Counted from the stretch's first letter, positions 27,802 to 37,333 are shown. The stretch is 64,000 nt of DNA from Spirochaetales bacterium (GCA_018399255.1 JAGYPA010000017.1:6130-70129); one strand, 5' to 3'. Numbers and translations: made by a program. The notes: a model not told the origin generated them from the letters alone.

Positions 27802-29682
27802 ATGGAACAAATTAAAAAAATAAAAAACAGCTGTGACAGGTTCAACAGAAACCTGGAAGAAATTGAGCCGTCTATGTACAGATGGGTCCTGCGGTCCGCG
27901 TCTGTAGCAAGTGATATCGCTGAACTGAAGAAACGGGAGCAGGATCCCGAGAATGCGTATCCAGAGAATTGGCATGACATGATGGCTGCCGGCCGCGCGA
28001 TCTCCTATACCCTGACCCGAAAAGAACGGATACAAAAATTTCTCGGAAGTCACCGGCACAAGATTACCGATGACGCAATAGAGCTGCTCAAACATCTCCA
28101 AGACAACCCCCTGCGATGGACTGCCTTCAGGGTGGACGAAAAACTCGATAAAAACCTGTTCAGGATAACGGATGTACTGGATAAGGAAAAACAGCTTCCT
28201 CCACTCTACTCAATAGGCGTCTCCAACCAGCTGAGAAGCAGCATAAGCCAGGATACCCTGTTTATCACCCTGATTTTGGACAACGGAGAATCTTTGCAGA
28301 CCATCGGCATCATCCACAGCTACCTCTCGGTAACGGAAAATGACCTCGACTTCCTCTGCAGCGTCCTGGACAAAGATCTCTACGAAAACCGGGGACTCTC
28401 AGGCGTTATCAGCAAACATTTTCTCAAGTTTTTCGCAATTGATGAGATCGCGGAAATACCGCCCATTGTCTTTCGCGGAATGCTGTCAGAGGTTATCTGG
28501 CGGGAGCTGCATCTGGAAGATATCGGCAGAGTGCTGCTGCCGGGAAATTGGGATATTGAAGAAACAATAGATGGGGTACTCAGATTTGAATTTCTCGGAC
28601 CGGATGAAAAACTCACAGCCCTGGAACCGATGGCCGGGCAGAACCCTGAACAACCCTGGAAGATGGCAGGCATGTTTCCTTCCTATCTCTATCTGTACCC
28701 GCAAAAGCAGACTGCCTGCATCCACGCAGCATCATTTCACGACTATACCATACTGCATCAGGTACTTAACGGTAAATTCGACCTCGAAGAAGGTGCCCGC
28801 GGCCTGCCGTTCTTTCGCATATCCTCCACGGTGTGGAGCATAGCCTCACAAATACCCGATTTAGCACTGCCTTGGGATTGGTACATAGAACAGTTCGAGG
28901 AGGAAGAGGATGAAGACCCCGAGGACCCCGAAGATACCGAAAACCCCGAGGGCACCGAAGATTCACCCTTTATGGCATCCATAAATACACTAATTAGTGA
29001 AGTAATGATTGCCAGAAATTCAGGCACTGAGGTCGATATCCCGAAGCGCTGCGATGAACTGGGGCTCGATCTTTCCATAGCGGAATCCATTCTGGAACAA
29101 TTGGAGGGGGTGACGAAGAGGATGATGCCCGATCTCGAACTTACAGATGACGACAGGACATGGGAAATACCCGACCTCACGATACCACCTCCGTCAATCC
29201 GCCGGGAATTCTCCAGGCCCTTGTACAATTCTACGCTGTTCACGACAAATGAGACCCGGCACAGCTATGAGCTCTTTGCCTCACTGGCGGGAGAAAAAAA
29301 TGCGGTAAAGACTGAACCCGGGGACATGGCAGACTACATTACCTCCCTCTTTGAAGAAACCTTCGACCGGTTTGGCCCCACAATCATGAGCAGCCTGTTT
29401 TTAATACTTTTAGAGCAGGGAGACCGATGGGTCTCGGTGCGCTCCTGCGGAATAGAGATCCTGAAGCTGTTTCACCAGGTGCTGCTTCCCACGCTCAAGA
29501 CTGACAAGGATACCTTTCTCTCCCAGTTCAGCCGGTTTGTGCTCATGTCCCTTTGCTCCAACGGGCTGCTGGAACTATCAGAACGGCCGAAAGGCGAAGC
29601 ACGCACCCGTGGAACCTACAAAATCAGACCGAGTGCCTTCTTTCGACAATTCATAGCGCTGAATGCAAAAAGAATTGATTAG
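27802..29682 (+). CDS. Hypothetical protein, 626 aa; paralog of 4101-6020
   Basis: Long uninterrupted ORF sharing collinear blocks with the 639-aa protein; acidic tract EEEEDEDPEDPEDTENPEGTED. Confidence 0.8.
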   Translation: MEQIKKIKNSCDRFNRNLEEIEPSMYRWVLRSASVASDIAELKKREQDPENAYPENWHDMMAAGRAISYTLTRKERIQKFLGSHRHKITDDAIELLKHLQDNPLRWTAFRVDEKLDKNLFRITDVLDKEKQLPPLYSIGVSNQLRSSISQDTLFITLILDNGESLQTIGIIHSYLSVTENDLDFLCSVLDKDLYENRGLSGVISKHFLKFFAIDEIAEIPPIVFRGMLSEVIWRELHLEDIGRVLLPGNWDIEETIDGVLRFEFLGPDEKLTALEPMAGQNPEQPWKMAGMFPSYLYLYPQKQTACIHAASFHDYTILHQVLNGKFDLEEGARGLPFFRISSTVWSIASQIPDLALPWDWYIEQFEEEEDEDPEDPEDTENPEGTEDSPFMASINTLISEVMIARNSGTEVDIPKRCDELGLDLSIAESILEQLEGVTKRMMPDLELTDDDRTWEIPDLTIPPPSIRREFSRPLYNSTLFTTNETRHSYELFASLAGEKNAVKTEPGDMADYITSLFEETFDRFGPTIMSSLFLILLEQGDRWVSVRSCGIEILKLFHQVLLPTLKTDKDTFLSQFSRFVLMSLCSNGLLELSERPKGEARTRGTYKIRPSAFFRQFIALNAKRID

Positions 29683-29705
29683 ACTCATTGGATCATACTT
29701 GCTGC

Positions 29706-29948
29706 ATGATAACAGAAAATATGTATCAGGCAAAAACACACTTATCCAAACTCGTTGCTAAGGCACTTCAAGGAGAAGAGGTTATCCTCGCCAAAGCTGG
29801 AAAACCCCTGGTAAAGCTTGTCCCCGTTTCGCAGTTGGTTAAACCGGTCAAAATAGGCCTGCTGAAGGGAGAAATCAAGATTTCTGATGATTTTAACGAA
29901 TTCGCTCCAGAAATCGAAGACATGTTCGATGGGTATCTTCCAGAATGA
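29706..29948 (+). CDS. Phd/YefM-family antitoxin (prevent-host-death), orphan
   Basis: NMYQAKTHLSKLV.KA..GEEVILAKAGKPLVKLVP...GLLKGEIKISDDF. Confidence 0.9.
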   Translation: MITENMYQAKTHLSKLVAKALQGEEVILAKAGKPLVKLVPVSQLVKPVKIGLLKGEIKISDDFNEFAPEIEDMFDGYLPE

Positions 29949-29990
29949 CATCAGCATTATTGCTCGAATGCTCATTACCGCCGCAACGCT
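29945..29990 (+). pseudogene. Probable internally deleted VapC toxin remnant
   Basis: ATGA overlap with the antitoxin stop; reads MTSALLL, then in another frame RMLITAA, resembling the LLLDT and DRMLIAQA motifs of PIN toxins. Confidence 0.4.
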
Positions 29991-30083
29991 TTGTCAGACA
30001 CGCTTCTAAATCAGATAAGCTTCTGACCAGACTCACTTCTTGTCAGACTTTTTTATTGAACATCTACCATGTTTGCCCCATAC

Positions 30084-30135
30084 TGATACTGAAGTACTGA
30101 CGTACTGACCTGACGTACTGACCTGACGTACTGAC
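30084..30135. repeat. Short imperfect tandem repeat (TACTGA / GTACTGACCTGAC units)
   Basis: Directly visible just upstream of the RBS of the next gene. Confidence 0.8.
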
Positions 30136-30154
30136 AGAAAGGAGTGTGCTGCCA

Positions 30155-31090
30155 ATGCCTTCAACCTTCAAAGATCTGAGGATTGTCGACAATTTCTACC
30201 AGACATCAAGCTTTTTCCCCATGCCCACTATCGTGATCGGAACCCTCTGTGAGGACGGCCTGACGAACCTGGGTTCCTACTCGCTCTGCTTTCCCTATTA
30301 CATCGCCGGGAAAGAGTACTATGCCATGCTGCTGGAGTGCCGGAACAACTCCAATACCGCCGTAAACCTGCTGCGGACGGGGAAATGCAGCCTCAACTTC
30401 ATTCCGGACCGGCGTAAATATTTCAAGGAGGCTGTACGGCTGGGGTACCCTGGAGATACGCCGCAGGAGAAGGTAAAGGACACCATCTTTACGCTGGAAA
30501 AGGGCCTGCGGGCACAGGAGGATCCCGACGGCCGCTATCCCGAAATCATAGCCGAATCATTCCAGGTCTTCGAATGCAGCTGGGACAGCTCGCTGGACAA
30601 TGCCAGTGAGGATACCGTACAGGAACAGTACAATCCCCCTTTCCGGAATTTCAACGGGATTACCAGTACCTTTGGTGCTCATTTCATCCTCAAAGTAGAG
30701 CGGATACTGATGCAGGAGCGCTATCATGCCGCGATAGTCAACGGAATGCGGGCCGGCAGATTTCCGAGAGTGCCGGTAGATTACGGATATCGTGATAATA
30801 CCCGGTTCTGGTATACCCGTTTCCGTCGGCCTCTTGCCCAATTGATCCCGAAGAAGAAGGGACAGGAACTCTCGTCTGTTGTCTACGCTGCCGATCGGAT
30901 GGATGATCAGGTCAAGTTCACCGAAGCAGCCTGTGCCCGACTGGTGAACGTGCCGCGGGTCTTTCTCAACACCGCACTTTCCGCCTGTGTGAAATGGGCA
31001 AAGGAGAACGGAGTAGTGGAGATCACCGCCGAGCATATGGATATCATCAACGACAAACGCTCGAAAGAGAAAGGCCGGCGTCGTTCCTGA
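30155..31090 (+). CDS. Flavin-reductase-like split-barrel protein with C-terminal PCP_red-like helical domain
   Basis: FPMPTIVIGT...NLG.YS...SNTAVNLLRTGKCSLNF; C-terminal FTEAACARLVNVPRVF...AKENGVVEITAEHMD; AAGGAG RBS. Confidence 0.7.
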   Translation: MPSTFKDLRIVDNFYQTSSFFPMPTIVIGTLCEDGLTNLGSYSLCFPYYIAGKEYYAMLLECRNNSNTAVNLLRTGKCSLNFIPDRRKYFKEAVRLGYPGDTPQEKVKDTIFTLEKGLRAQEDPDGRYPEIIAESFQVFECSWDSSLDNASEDTVQEQYNPPFRNFNGITSTFGAHFILKVERILMQERYHAAIVNGMRAGRFPRVPVDYGYRDNTRFWYTRFRRPLAQLIPKKKGQELSSVVYAADRMDDQVKFTEAACARLVNVPRVFLNTALSACVKWAKENGVVEITAEHMDIINDKRSKEKGRRRS

Positions 31091-31182
31091 TACGGATTCG
31101 AGGTTTGTGCAGCAAACTAAATCAGGAAGGCGATATTGACCAAAAGAGAACCGACAAATAATAGCCGTATTCTGGAGCCAAT

Positions 31183-31335
31183 ATCCAGGTTGCTGTTTCT
31201 ATCGGAGCAGCTGCTGTCGAAAAAGCGACTTGAAGGAAAAACCGTTCAGTTAGCCGATGAGCTGATGTACCGTTCAGTTAGCCGATGAGCTGATGTGCCG
31301 GATGAGCTGATGTACCGGAGTAAACAGCAGAAGGT
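31183..31335 (+). pseudogene. GGDEF domain C-terminal remnant with internal tandem duplication
   Basis: IQVAVSIGAA, then after a frameshift VQLADELMYR...SKQ, matching the VTVSIG...AD.xMY..K tail of diguanylate cyclases; GATGAGCTGATGTRCCG occurs three times. Confidence 0.55.
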
Positions 31336-31390
31336 GATAAGTCCGACAGACTCCTGGTAAAAAAACGCGGATGCCCAACTTAATAAAAAA

Positions 31391-32917
31391 TCAAGTTTTT
31401 TTCTTTGATATCCTTTGCATAAACTTCCTTAGCACACGGCGATATATCTTTGTTTGACTAAGTACCGTTAAACAAATAACAAGAAACAAGAGAAGGGCTA
31501 CTGGTCTCGTAAATACTGGGAGAAAACTTCCTTCTGAAACCATCAATGCGCGTCTGAGATTCTGATCAGCCATTGGACCTAAAATCACCCCGATTATCAG
31601 AGGAGCAATTGGATATCCCATTTCATTGAGGATAAATACTATGACACCAATGATTACCATAAGAAAAAGGTTGAATATTCGCATGGAAAGAGAATATGAC
31701 CCTATTACACACAAAACAGCAATTATCGGCATGAGCACTGAGGTAGGTATACGAAGCAGATTTACGACTTGTTTAGCGAGCATGATACCGATAATCCACA
31801 TAGCAAACGAAGCAAGAAGGAGAATGGCGGCAATCTCAATGATGAACGTGGGGTGATCAATCGCAAGCATCGGGCCTGGTTGAATCCCATGGAGCATAAG
31901 TGCACCGAGCAGCATTGCAGCGGGAGGGCTTCCTGGAACTCCCAGTGAAAGTAATGGTATCATAGCACCGCCGATACAAGCATTATTTGCAGTTTCACTT
32001 GAAATCACTGCTTCTACCTCACCAGTCCCAAATCGTTCAGGATGCCTGCTGGCGTTTTTCGCTGCTCCGTAGCTTACCCATCCCGCAATATCTTCGCCAA
32101 TTCCAGGGACTGCCCCGATACCTACTCCAATGAGAGAAGAGCGAATAATTGTAGGAATATTTTTAATAATAGTCTTAAATTCCGGGAGTATCCTGGTGAA
32201 CTTTTTTGTTTCCTGTGGTTTTTGACTATCTCGAATGACCTGAATTATCTGAGGAATGCCAAAAGCACCAATTAGTACTGGAACGATATCCAACCCGCCG
32301 TCTAAGTCAGACAGACCAAAGGTGAACCTGGGATAAAATTGAAGCTGGTCTCTTCCAATTACTGAAAGGAAGAGTCCTAGAAACCCTGCTATCCATCCCT
32401 TATAGACCAGGTCAGGACTGGTAAGAGTACCAGAAATAATAATACCAAAGAAAGCAAGCAGGAAAAACTCAAAACTGGTGAACTGCAGAGCGATTTTTGA
32501 AATAGCAGGGGCAAGTCCTACAACAAACAGCATACCAATTATGGTGCCGATTGCGGAACTGGTTGTCGTTAACCCTAAAGCTTTTCCCGCCTCTCCTTTG
32601 CATGCAAGGGGATAACCGTCAAGTGCTGTAGCAGCTGAAGCTGCGGTTCCAGGTATGTTTAGAAGAATTGAAGCGTATGATCCGCCATATACTCCTCCCA
32701 CATAGACCCCTAAAAGGGCGATAAGGGCTAGGTTGGTAGTCATTCCGTAGGTGAGGGTAGTCAGGAGAGCAACTCCCAGCGTGGCGGTAAGTCCAGGTGT
32801 AGCGCCAAACATGATTCCCATGAAGACTGACCCGAAGAGCAGCAGCATTGCCGATGGATTAATGAGAACTGCACCCATTGAATTCGAAAAAATACCAAAT
32901 TGTGAAAAAAAGTTCAT
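31391..32917 (-). CDS. tctA: Tripartite tricarboxylate transporter large permease
   Basis: GATPGLTATLG, YGGSYASILLNIPGTAASAATALDGYPLA, ETANNA, IPLLSLGVPGS; start trimmed to MNFFSQ. Confidence 0.93.
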   Translation of the reverse strand: MNFFSQFGIFSNSMGAVLINPSAMLLLFGSVFMGIMFGATPGLTATLGVALLTTLTYGMTTNLALIALLGVYVGGVYGGSYASILLNIPGTAASAATALDGYPLACKGEAGKALGLTTTSSAIGTIIGMLFVVGLAPAISKIALQFTSFEFFLLAFFGIIISGTLTSPDLVYKGWIAGFLGLFLSVIGRDQLQFYPRFTFGLSDLDGGLDIVPVLIGAFGIPQIIQVIRDSQKPQETKKFTRILPEFKTIIKNIPTIIRSSLIGVGIGAVPGIGEDIAGWVSYGAAKNASRHPERFGTGEVEAVISSETANNACIGGAMIPLLSLGVPGSPPAAMLLGALMLHGIQPGPMLAIDHPTFIIEIAAILLLASFAMWIIGIMLAKQVVNLLRIPTSVLMPIIAVLCVIGSYSLSMRIFNLFLMVIIGVIVFILNEMGYPIAPLIIGVILGPMADQNLRRALMVSEGSFLPVFTRPVALLLFLVICLTVLSQTKIYRRVLRKFMQRISKKKT

Positions 32918-32927
32918 GCAGTCCCCC

Positions 32928-33704
32928 TTAACGCAGCAAGTAGTACACAAGATTGAAAATTGAGATGATACCTCCCTCCACAGGGAGAGGTATCCTGAGT
33001 CCATAACGGAAGAGAGGAACCAGTACCAGAGGGACAGTGAAGGAGGTGACAAGGATGACGGTAAACAGTTTTTGTGCTCTTTCGGGTTGGTGCTGCTGTA
33101 TCAGTTTGTGAAATATTATCGTAATTGCTGCAACCTGAATTAGTACAAAAACATCCATGCTGTAAGGGAAAATATTGTTCAGGAAATCTGCGGCACCTGT
33201 AACGATGAGCATTATGAACAATAGGGCAAACGAGGATGCCAGCATGGCTCCAATAGACATAATTCTTTTACTATCAGGATAGAAAGTGCCAATGAAGATT
33301 ACGAGAAAAAGTAGAACATTTAGAAAAAAATCGGTTCGGGGGATGTAAAGGTAGACGAAACCTGAAATATAGGCAATCACTATAAGTACTCTGGAAGCTG
33401 AGGATTTGAACTTTTCAGAAAATGATATATTCCTATTACTTCGGTAATTCTTAATTATTTGCAGCAGCTGGGAATGAGCTTTTTCACGGACTGCATTAAC
33501 TGCAAGCACAATACACAAAATAATGATCATCCCACCGATGATTAACGGAAAAAGTGCAGGAGATACATACCAGTAGGTTGCCACTCCGCCATATGCTCCT
33601 TCCATTGGCATGGTCAGTGCGTGAGCAATTATAGCAATTCCAACAATGAGAAGTACTACAGCTGTGACGAGATCTGCCTGACGCATTTTCTCTTTTGATA
33701 CCAT
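32928..33704 (-). CDS. TTT small membrane subunit (TctB-like, extended)
   Basis: Multi-TM protein between tctC and tctA; SPALFP motif and C-terminal FRYGLRIPLP. Confidence 0.75.
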   Translation of the reverse strand: MVSKEKMRQADLVTAVVLLIVGIAIIAHALTMPMEGAYGGVATYWYVSPALFPLIIGGMIIILCIVLAVNAVREKAHSQLLQIIKNYRSNRNISFSEKFKSSASRVLIVIAYISGFVYLYIPRTDFFLNVLLFLVIFIGTFYPDSKRIMSIGAMLASSFALLFIMLIVTGAADFLNNIFPYSMDVFVLIQVAAITIIFHKLIQQHQPERAQKLFTVILVTSFTVPLVLVPLFRYGLRIPLPVEGGIISIFNLVYYLLR

Positions 33705-33746
33705 GACAATCTCCTGATATTCATGTATGTATATCCTTGAATGCAG

Positions 33747-33782
33747 TTGTGTGCACTGCAGAAAAGTTTGCAGTGCACACAA
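33747..33782 (-). other. Strong stem-loop just downstream of tctC
   Basis: TTGTGTGCACTGCA-N8-TGCAGTGCACACAA, a perfect 14-bp stem. Confidence 0.7.
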
Positions 33783-33814
33783 TTTCAGAAAGTTTTAATC
33801 CCTAAGAATGCTGT

Positions 33815-34822
33815 TTACGGTTTTGGTATGTTAAGAGAGTCAGGATTAACTCGGGCTGAACCAAGTTCGTGAAGAGTCCACGCAAAGCTGCTTTCAAGAT
33901 TGTTCATGAGTGTATTTGCTTCATCTCCGTAAAGTCCCGCAAGAATATAAAAATTATTCTTCCCGAAATCCTTGACAGCTTGAGTCTCCATAGCCTGTTT
34001 GAAAGCTTCGGAAATTTTATCCTTGGCATATTGGGGAGCCTCTTTCGCAATGGCAAATCCGATAGATTGGCGTAATGGTAAATATTGAGCCAGTTCCGGA
34101 TAGTTTGTGAAACTCGAGGGTATTGTTAAGCCATCAACTGTAAAAGCTTCGGGTTCAAGCATTGCCAGGGGTTTAAGCTGGCCGCCCCTTATAAGCTGAG
34201 CTTGTTCTGCGATAGAAGTAATGATAATACTGACTTCACCTGTAAGAGCAGCATTCTGTGCGGGGGCAGAACCATCGTAGGGAATAAAGTTAAAATCCGT
34301 ATCGGTTCCATTCTCGAATGCCAGCAAGTTCAAGTGATGAATTGATCCAGCTCCGGAAGCTCCCGCTCGGATGGATCCCGGGTTTGCCTTTGCTGCGTCA
34401 ATTAGTTCATCAAGTGTATTATAAGGTGAGTTTGCTCCAACAGAGACAACATCAGGTGAACCCCCAACAATAAACCAGTCCCAAACATCAACCCGATTGT
34501 TAAATCCTCCCATAACCGCTGAGGTAACATTACTTTCGCTCATGCCGGCAAGCACATATCCATCCTTAGGTCTATTAAATGCGTCATTCATTCCCACTGA
34601 CCCAGCTACCCCGCCGGTTACATTTATGACGTTGATATTGACACCAAGAATCTCCGACATCTCTGCCATGATAATTCGGTTTATCACATCGGTACCCCCG
34701 CCAGCACCCCAAACGACAACTGTGGTAATATCACGTTCAGGATATTCTCTTTCGGCGGCTCCGAAGACAAAACTTGTGATCAAAGTGATGATCAGTACAC
34801 TGATAAGTATACTTTTTCTCAT
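33815..34822 (-). CDS. tctC: TTT substrate-binding protein (TctC/Bug family)
   Basis: Signal peptide, YPERDIT.VV.WGAGGGTD, PKDGY, SGAGSIHHL, IPYDGSAPA..AALTGEV. Confidence 0.9.
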   Translation of the reverse strand: MRKSILISVLIITLITSFVFGAAEREYPERDITTVVVWGAGGGTDVINRIIMAEMSEILGVNINVINVTGGVAGSVGMNDAFNRPKDGYVLAGMSESNVTSAVMGGFNNRVDVWDWFIVGGSPDVVSVGANSPYNTLDELIDAAKANPGSIRAGASGAGSIHHLNLLAFENGTDTDFNFIPYDGSAPAQNAALTGEVSIIITSIAEQAQLIRGGQLKPLAMLEPEAFTVDGLTIPSSFTNYPELAQYLPLRQSIGFAIAKEAPQYAKDKISEAFKQAMETQAVKDFGKNNFYILAGLYGDEANTLMNNLESSFAWTLHELGSARVNPDSLNIPKP

Positions 34823-34860
34823 AGTTTCCTCCTTTCATATATTTTTCATATATGATAATT

Positions 34861-34901
34861 ATGTATACAAAACATTGTATCGCTTATTTACCAATTGTCA
34901 A
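34861..34901 (-). promoter_or_regulatory. tctC promoter with GntR-type operator
   Basis: Minus-strand TTGACA (34901-34896), 16 nt, TACAAT (34879-34874); TGTATACA palindrome at 34862-34869 just downstream. Confidence 0.65.
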
Positions 34902-35038
34902 CTATATTTTTTTATTTTTTCCTAAAGGTACTGTATGGAAGGTACTGAACTTTCTCAACACAGCCAGATTGATGAATGAAATTTTACAGTTTGCAAAATG
35001 TTTATGAGAAAGGATGTACATCAAGATAAACTCTTAAA

Positions 35039-35878
35039 CTACTTTAAAATACCTAATATTTTTTTTGCATCAGCTGTTCCTGCAGTCTCAAATCCGAGCA
35101 CATGTATCATTTCAGAGACTCTTTTAACTAATTCTAGATTGTTATCTGCAGCTTTCCCCGGAGCATGCCATGGGGAATCCTCAAACCCTACCCTGATAGA
35201 TACCGCACCAAAGGCCAGTGCTGCAGACAGCAGTGAAAAATCTTGCATATTGGCATGGATGAGACCCCATGTGGAGCCATGAGGGAGCAAGTTTGTAACA
35301 TATGAAATATGTCCTGCATACGCTTGAAGGGCACCAGGGAACCCAAGGCATAAAGAGAAATGGAGGGGTTTGCTAACAATTTTTTCTTCCGCCAGTTTTT
35401 CTGCTGAAGAAATCATTCCTATGGTAAATATTGCCAGATCAGGCGACGTACAAGTTTCTGCCATCTTTTGCGCCCAATACCTTATATCTGGCATGGTGTT
35501 AATATATACATCATCCGCAAAATTTGATGATCCCATATTCAGGGAAGCGCTCTGTGTTCGGTTATCGCATAGAGCAGTACACCGCTGCTCAGCCGTCAGT
35601 GTAGAAAGTCCTCCAGTAGAACCCTGGATTATGATATCACTGTGTTTTCTAATCAGGTCAATTGTCAAGGAATACGCTGCAATATCATCAGTGAGATTGC
35701 CTTGAAAATCTCTTACATGAAGATGGGCTGCACAGGCTCCTGCATGAAAGCAGTTAATTATTTCTTCAGCAATTTCTTCCGGGTGGGTCGGGTTTTTACT
35801 GTTTGCTGGAAGCCGGGTTTCTGCATGTGCTGTAGGAGCAACAGAAATAATTATGGGAGATCGATACTCTCTATGCAT
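35039..35878 (-). CDS. Beta-keto acid cleavage enzyme family (BKACE, 3-keto-5-aminohexanoate cleavage-like)
   Basis: IISVAPT, P..PEEIA, Zn-binding AHLHVRD, QGSTGG, SLNMGS, RVGFED. Confidence 0.88.
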   Translation of the reverse strand: MHREYRSPIIISVAPTAHAETRLPANSKNPTHPEEIAEEIINCFHAGACAAHLHVRDFQGNLTDDIAAYSLTIDLIRKHSDIIIQGSTGGLSTLTAEQRCTALCDNRTQSASLNMGSSNFADDVYINTMPDIRYWAQKMAETCTSPDLAIFTIGMISSAEKLAEEKIVSKPLHFSLCLGFPGALQAYAGHISYVTNLLPHGSTWGLIHANMQDFSLLSAALAFGAVSIRVGFEDSPWHAPGKAADNNLELVKRVSEMIHVLGFETAGTADAKKILGILK

Positions 35879-36057
35879 AGCACCTCCAAGAAATTGTATT
35901 CAAAATATACTAATGCAGTAAGTATCACCCATCTTTCTGTTCTTGTAAAGAGTAATGGCAAATGATGAATTTTTATTGTGTGGCTCCCTTTTTTGCTTTT
36001 CTCATTTTGAATACATTTTTAATTGACTAAGCGATGTCTATAAGTTATTGTCATACT

Positions 36058-36723
36058 ATGTATAGAGTCGATAACGAGGATCTTAATGAGCAGGTATATC
36101 GCAGGCTTCGCGAAATGATTGTGCATAGAGAACTGCAGCCTGATCAAAAGCTTCTCCAAGAAGAACTGGCAACTCAGCTTGGGGTATCAAGAACGCCGCT
36201 GCTTTCTGCGTTTGCAAAGCTCGAACGGGAAATGCTGGTTAAATCAGTGCCTCGGAGGGGTTATTTTGTTCGCTCCATTACGTTGAAGGAGTTGCTCGAT
36301 ATTTATGAAATTCGGCTTCGTCTGGAAACACTTGGAGCTTCTGAAGCGGCAAGGAAATGTGATAATTCTGTTCTTGAGGCTTTGATGGAGAAGACAGATC
36401 ATATGATTTCCCTGGATGCAGAAATGCTTAAGGCCAAGTTTCCAGAATATGACTACGAGTTTCACACCCTGATCATGAAGATGAGCGGCAATGAGTTCCT
36501 GGTGAGTATGGTCGGTTCATTCAACCTTGTTACTCTGGGAAATATCACGGGAATGTACCGTGATCCCCGGGGGAGTCTTTTTGAGCACAAGTCAATCTTG
36601 GGAGCTGTCAGTTCCCGGGATTGTGAACTTGCTGAATCAGCCATGTACTCCCATATTTCCGTAGCAAAGTCACGTATAGAGCAGTATTCAAAGGACCGAT
36701 TACATGAAGCTGAAGAAAGATAA
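36058..36723 (+). CDS. GntR-family transcriptional regulator (FCD domain)
   Basis: wHTH EELATQLGVSRTPL, EIRLRLE, DYEFH...SGN, EH..IL. Confidence 0.9.
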   Translation: MYRVDNEDLNEQVYRRLREMIVHRELQPDQKLLQEELATQLGVSRTPLLSAFAKLEREMLVKSVPRRGYFVRSITLKELLDIYEIRLRLETLGASEAARKCDNSVLEALMEKTDHMISLDAEMLKAKFPEYDYEFHTLIMKMSGNEFLVSMVGSFNLVTLGNITGMYRDPRGSLFEHKSILGAVSSRDCELAESAMYSHISVAKSRIEQYSKDRLHEAEER

Positions 36724-37333
36724 AATCCGTGACCTGGTATACCAGGAAATAAAAAAGATGCTGCTCAACCAGGATCTTCTGCCAGGCCAGAAAGTGAATA
36801 AAAAGGAACTTGCTGAAATTCTGCATGTAAGCCAGACTCCCGTCCAGGAATCGATCATTGCCCTGATAAAAGAGGGACTGTTCGAAAACCGTCCGAGAGA
36901 GGGGCTTTTCGTCAAGGAATTTACCAATCAGGATATGAGAGATTTTTTTGCTGTACGGGCTGGAATTGAGGGCATTGCCCTGCGGCTTTGTATAGAACAG
37001 TACGGAGTGGAATCACTTGAAGATATCATAAAGCTTTTTGACCAGTTCTCTCCGCCTGTCGAGTCAGAAGAAAGCAAGCAGTTATACCAGCAAGTAGACA
37101 GAAAGTTTCATGAGCAGATAATGCTCCGGTCTGGAAACAATATGATCCGTGAATTTGTACATGAATTTAATTTTATCCTTCGCTGCTACCAGAAGGGGCT
37201 TCTTCGCGAACCTTCTGAGACACTGCCTGAACACTTGGCAATTATTAAAGCTATCCGTGCTGGTAATGCCGAGTTAGCTCAATCCTTGATCATGGAACAT
37301 CACATGAAGTCATATGCAAAACTCCCTGTATAG
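36704..37333 (+). CDS. Second GntR-family transcriptional regulator (FCD domain)
   Basis: ELAEILHVSQTPVQE, DRKFH...SGN, EHLAIIKAI; overlaps the previous gene. Confidence 0.9.
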   Translation: MKLKKDKIRDLVYQEIKKMLLNQDLLPGQKVNKKELAEILHVSQTPVQESIIALIKEGLFENRPREGLFVKEFTNQDMRDFFAVRAGIEGIALRLCIEQYGVESLEDIIKLFDQFSPPVESEESKQLYQQVDRKFHEQIMLRSGNNMIREFVHEFNFILRCYQKGLLREPSETLPEHLAIIKAIRAGNAELAQSLIMEHHMKSYAKLPV

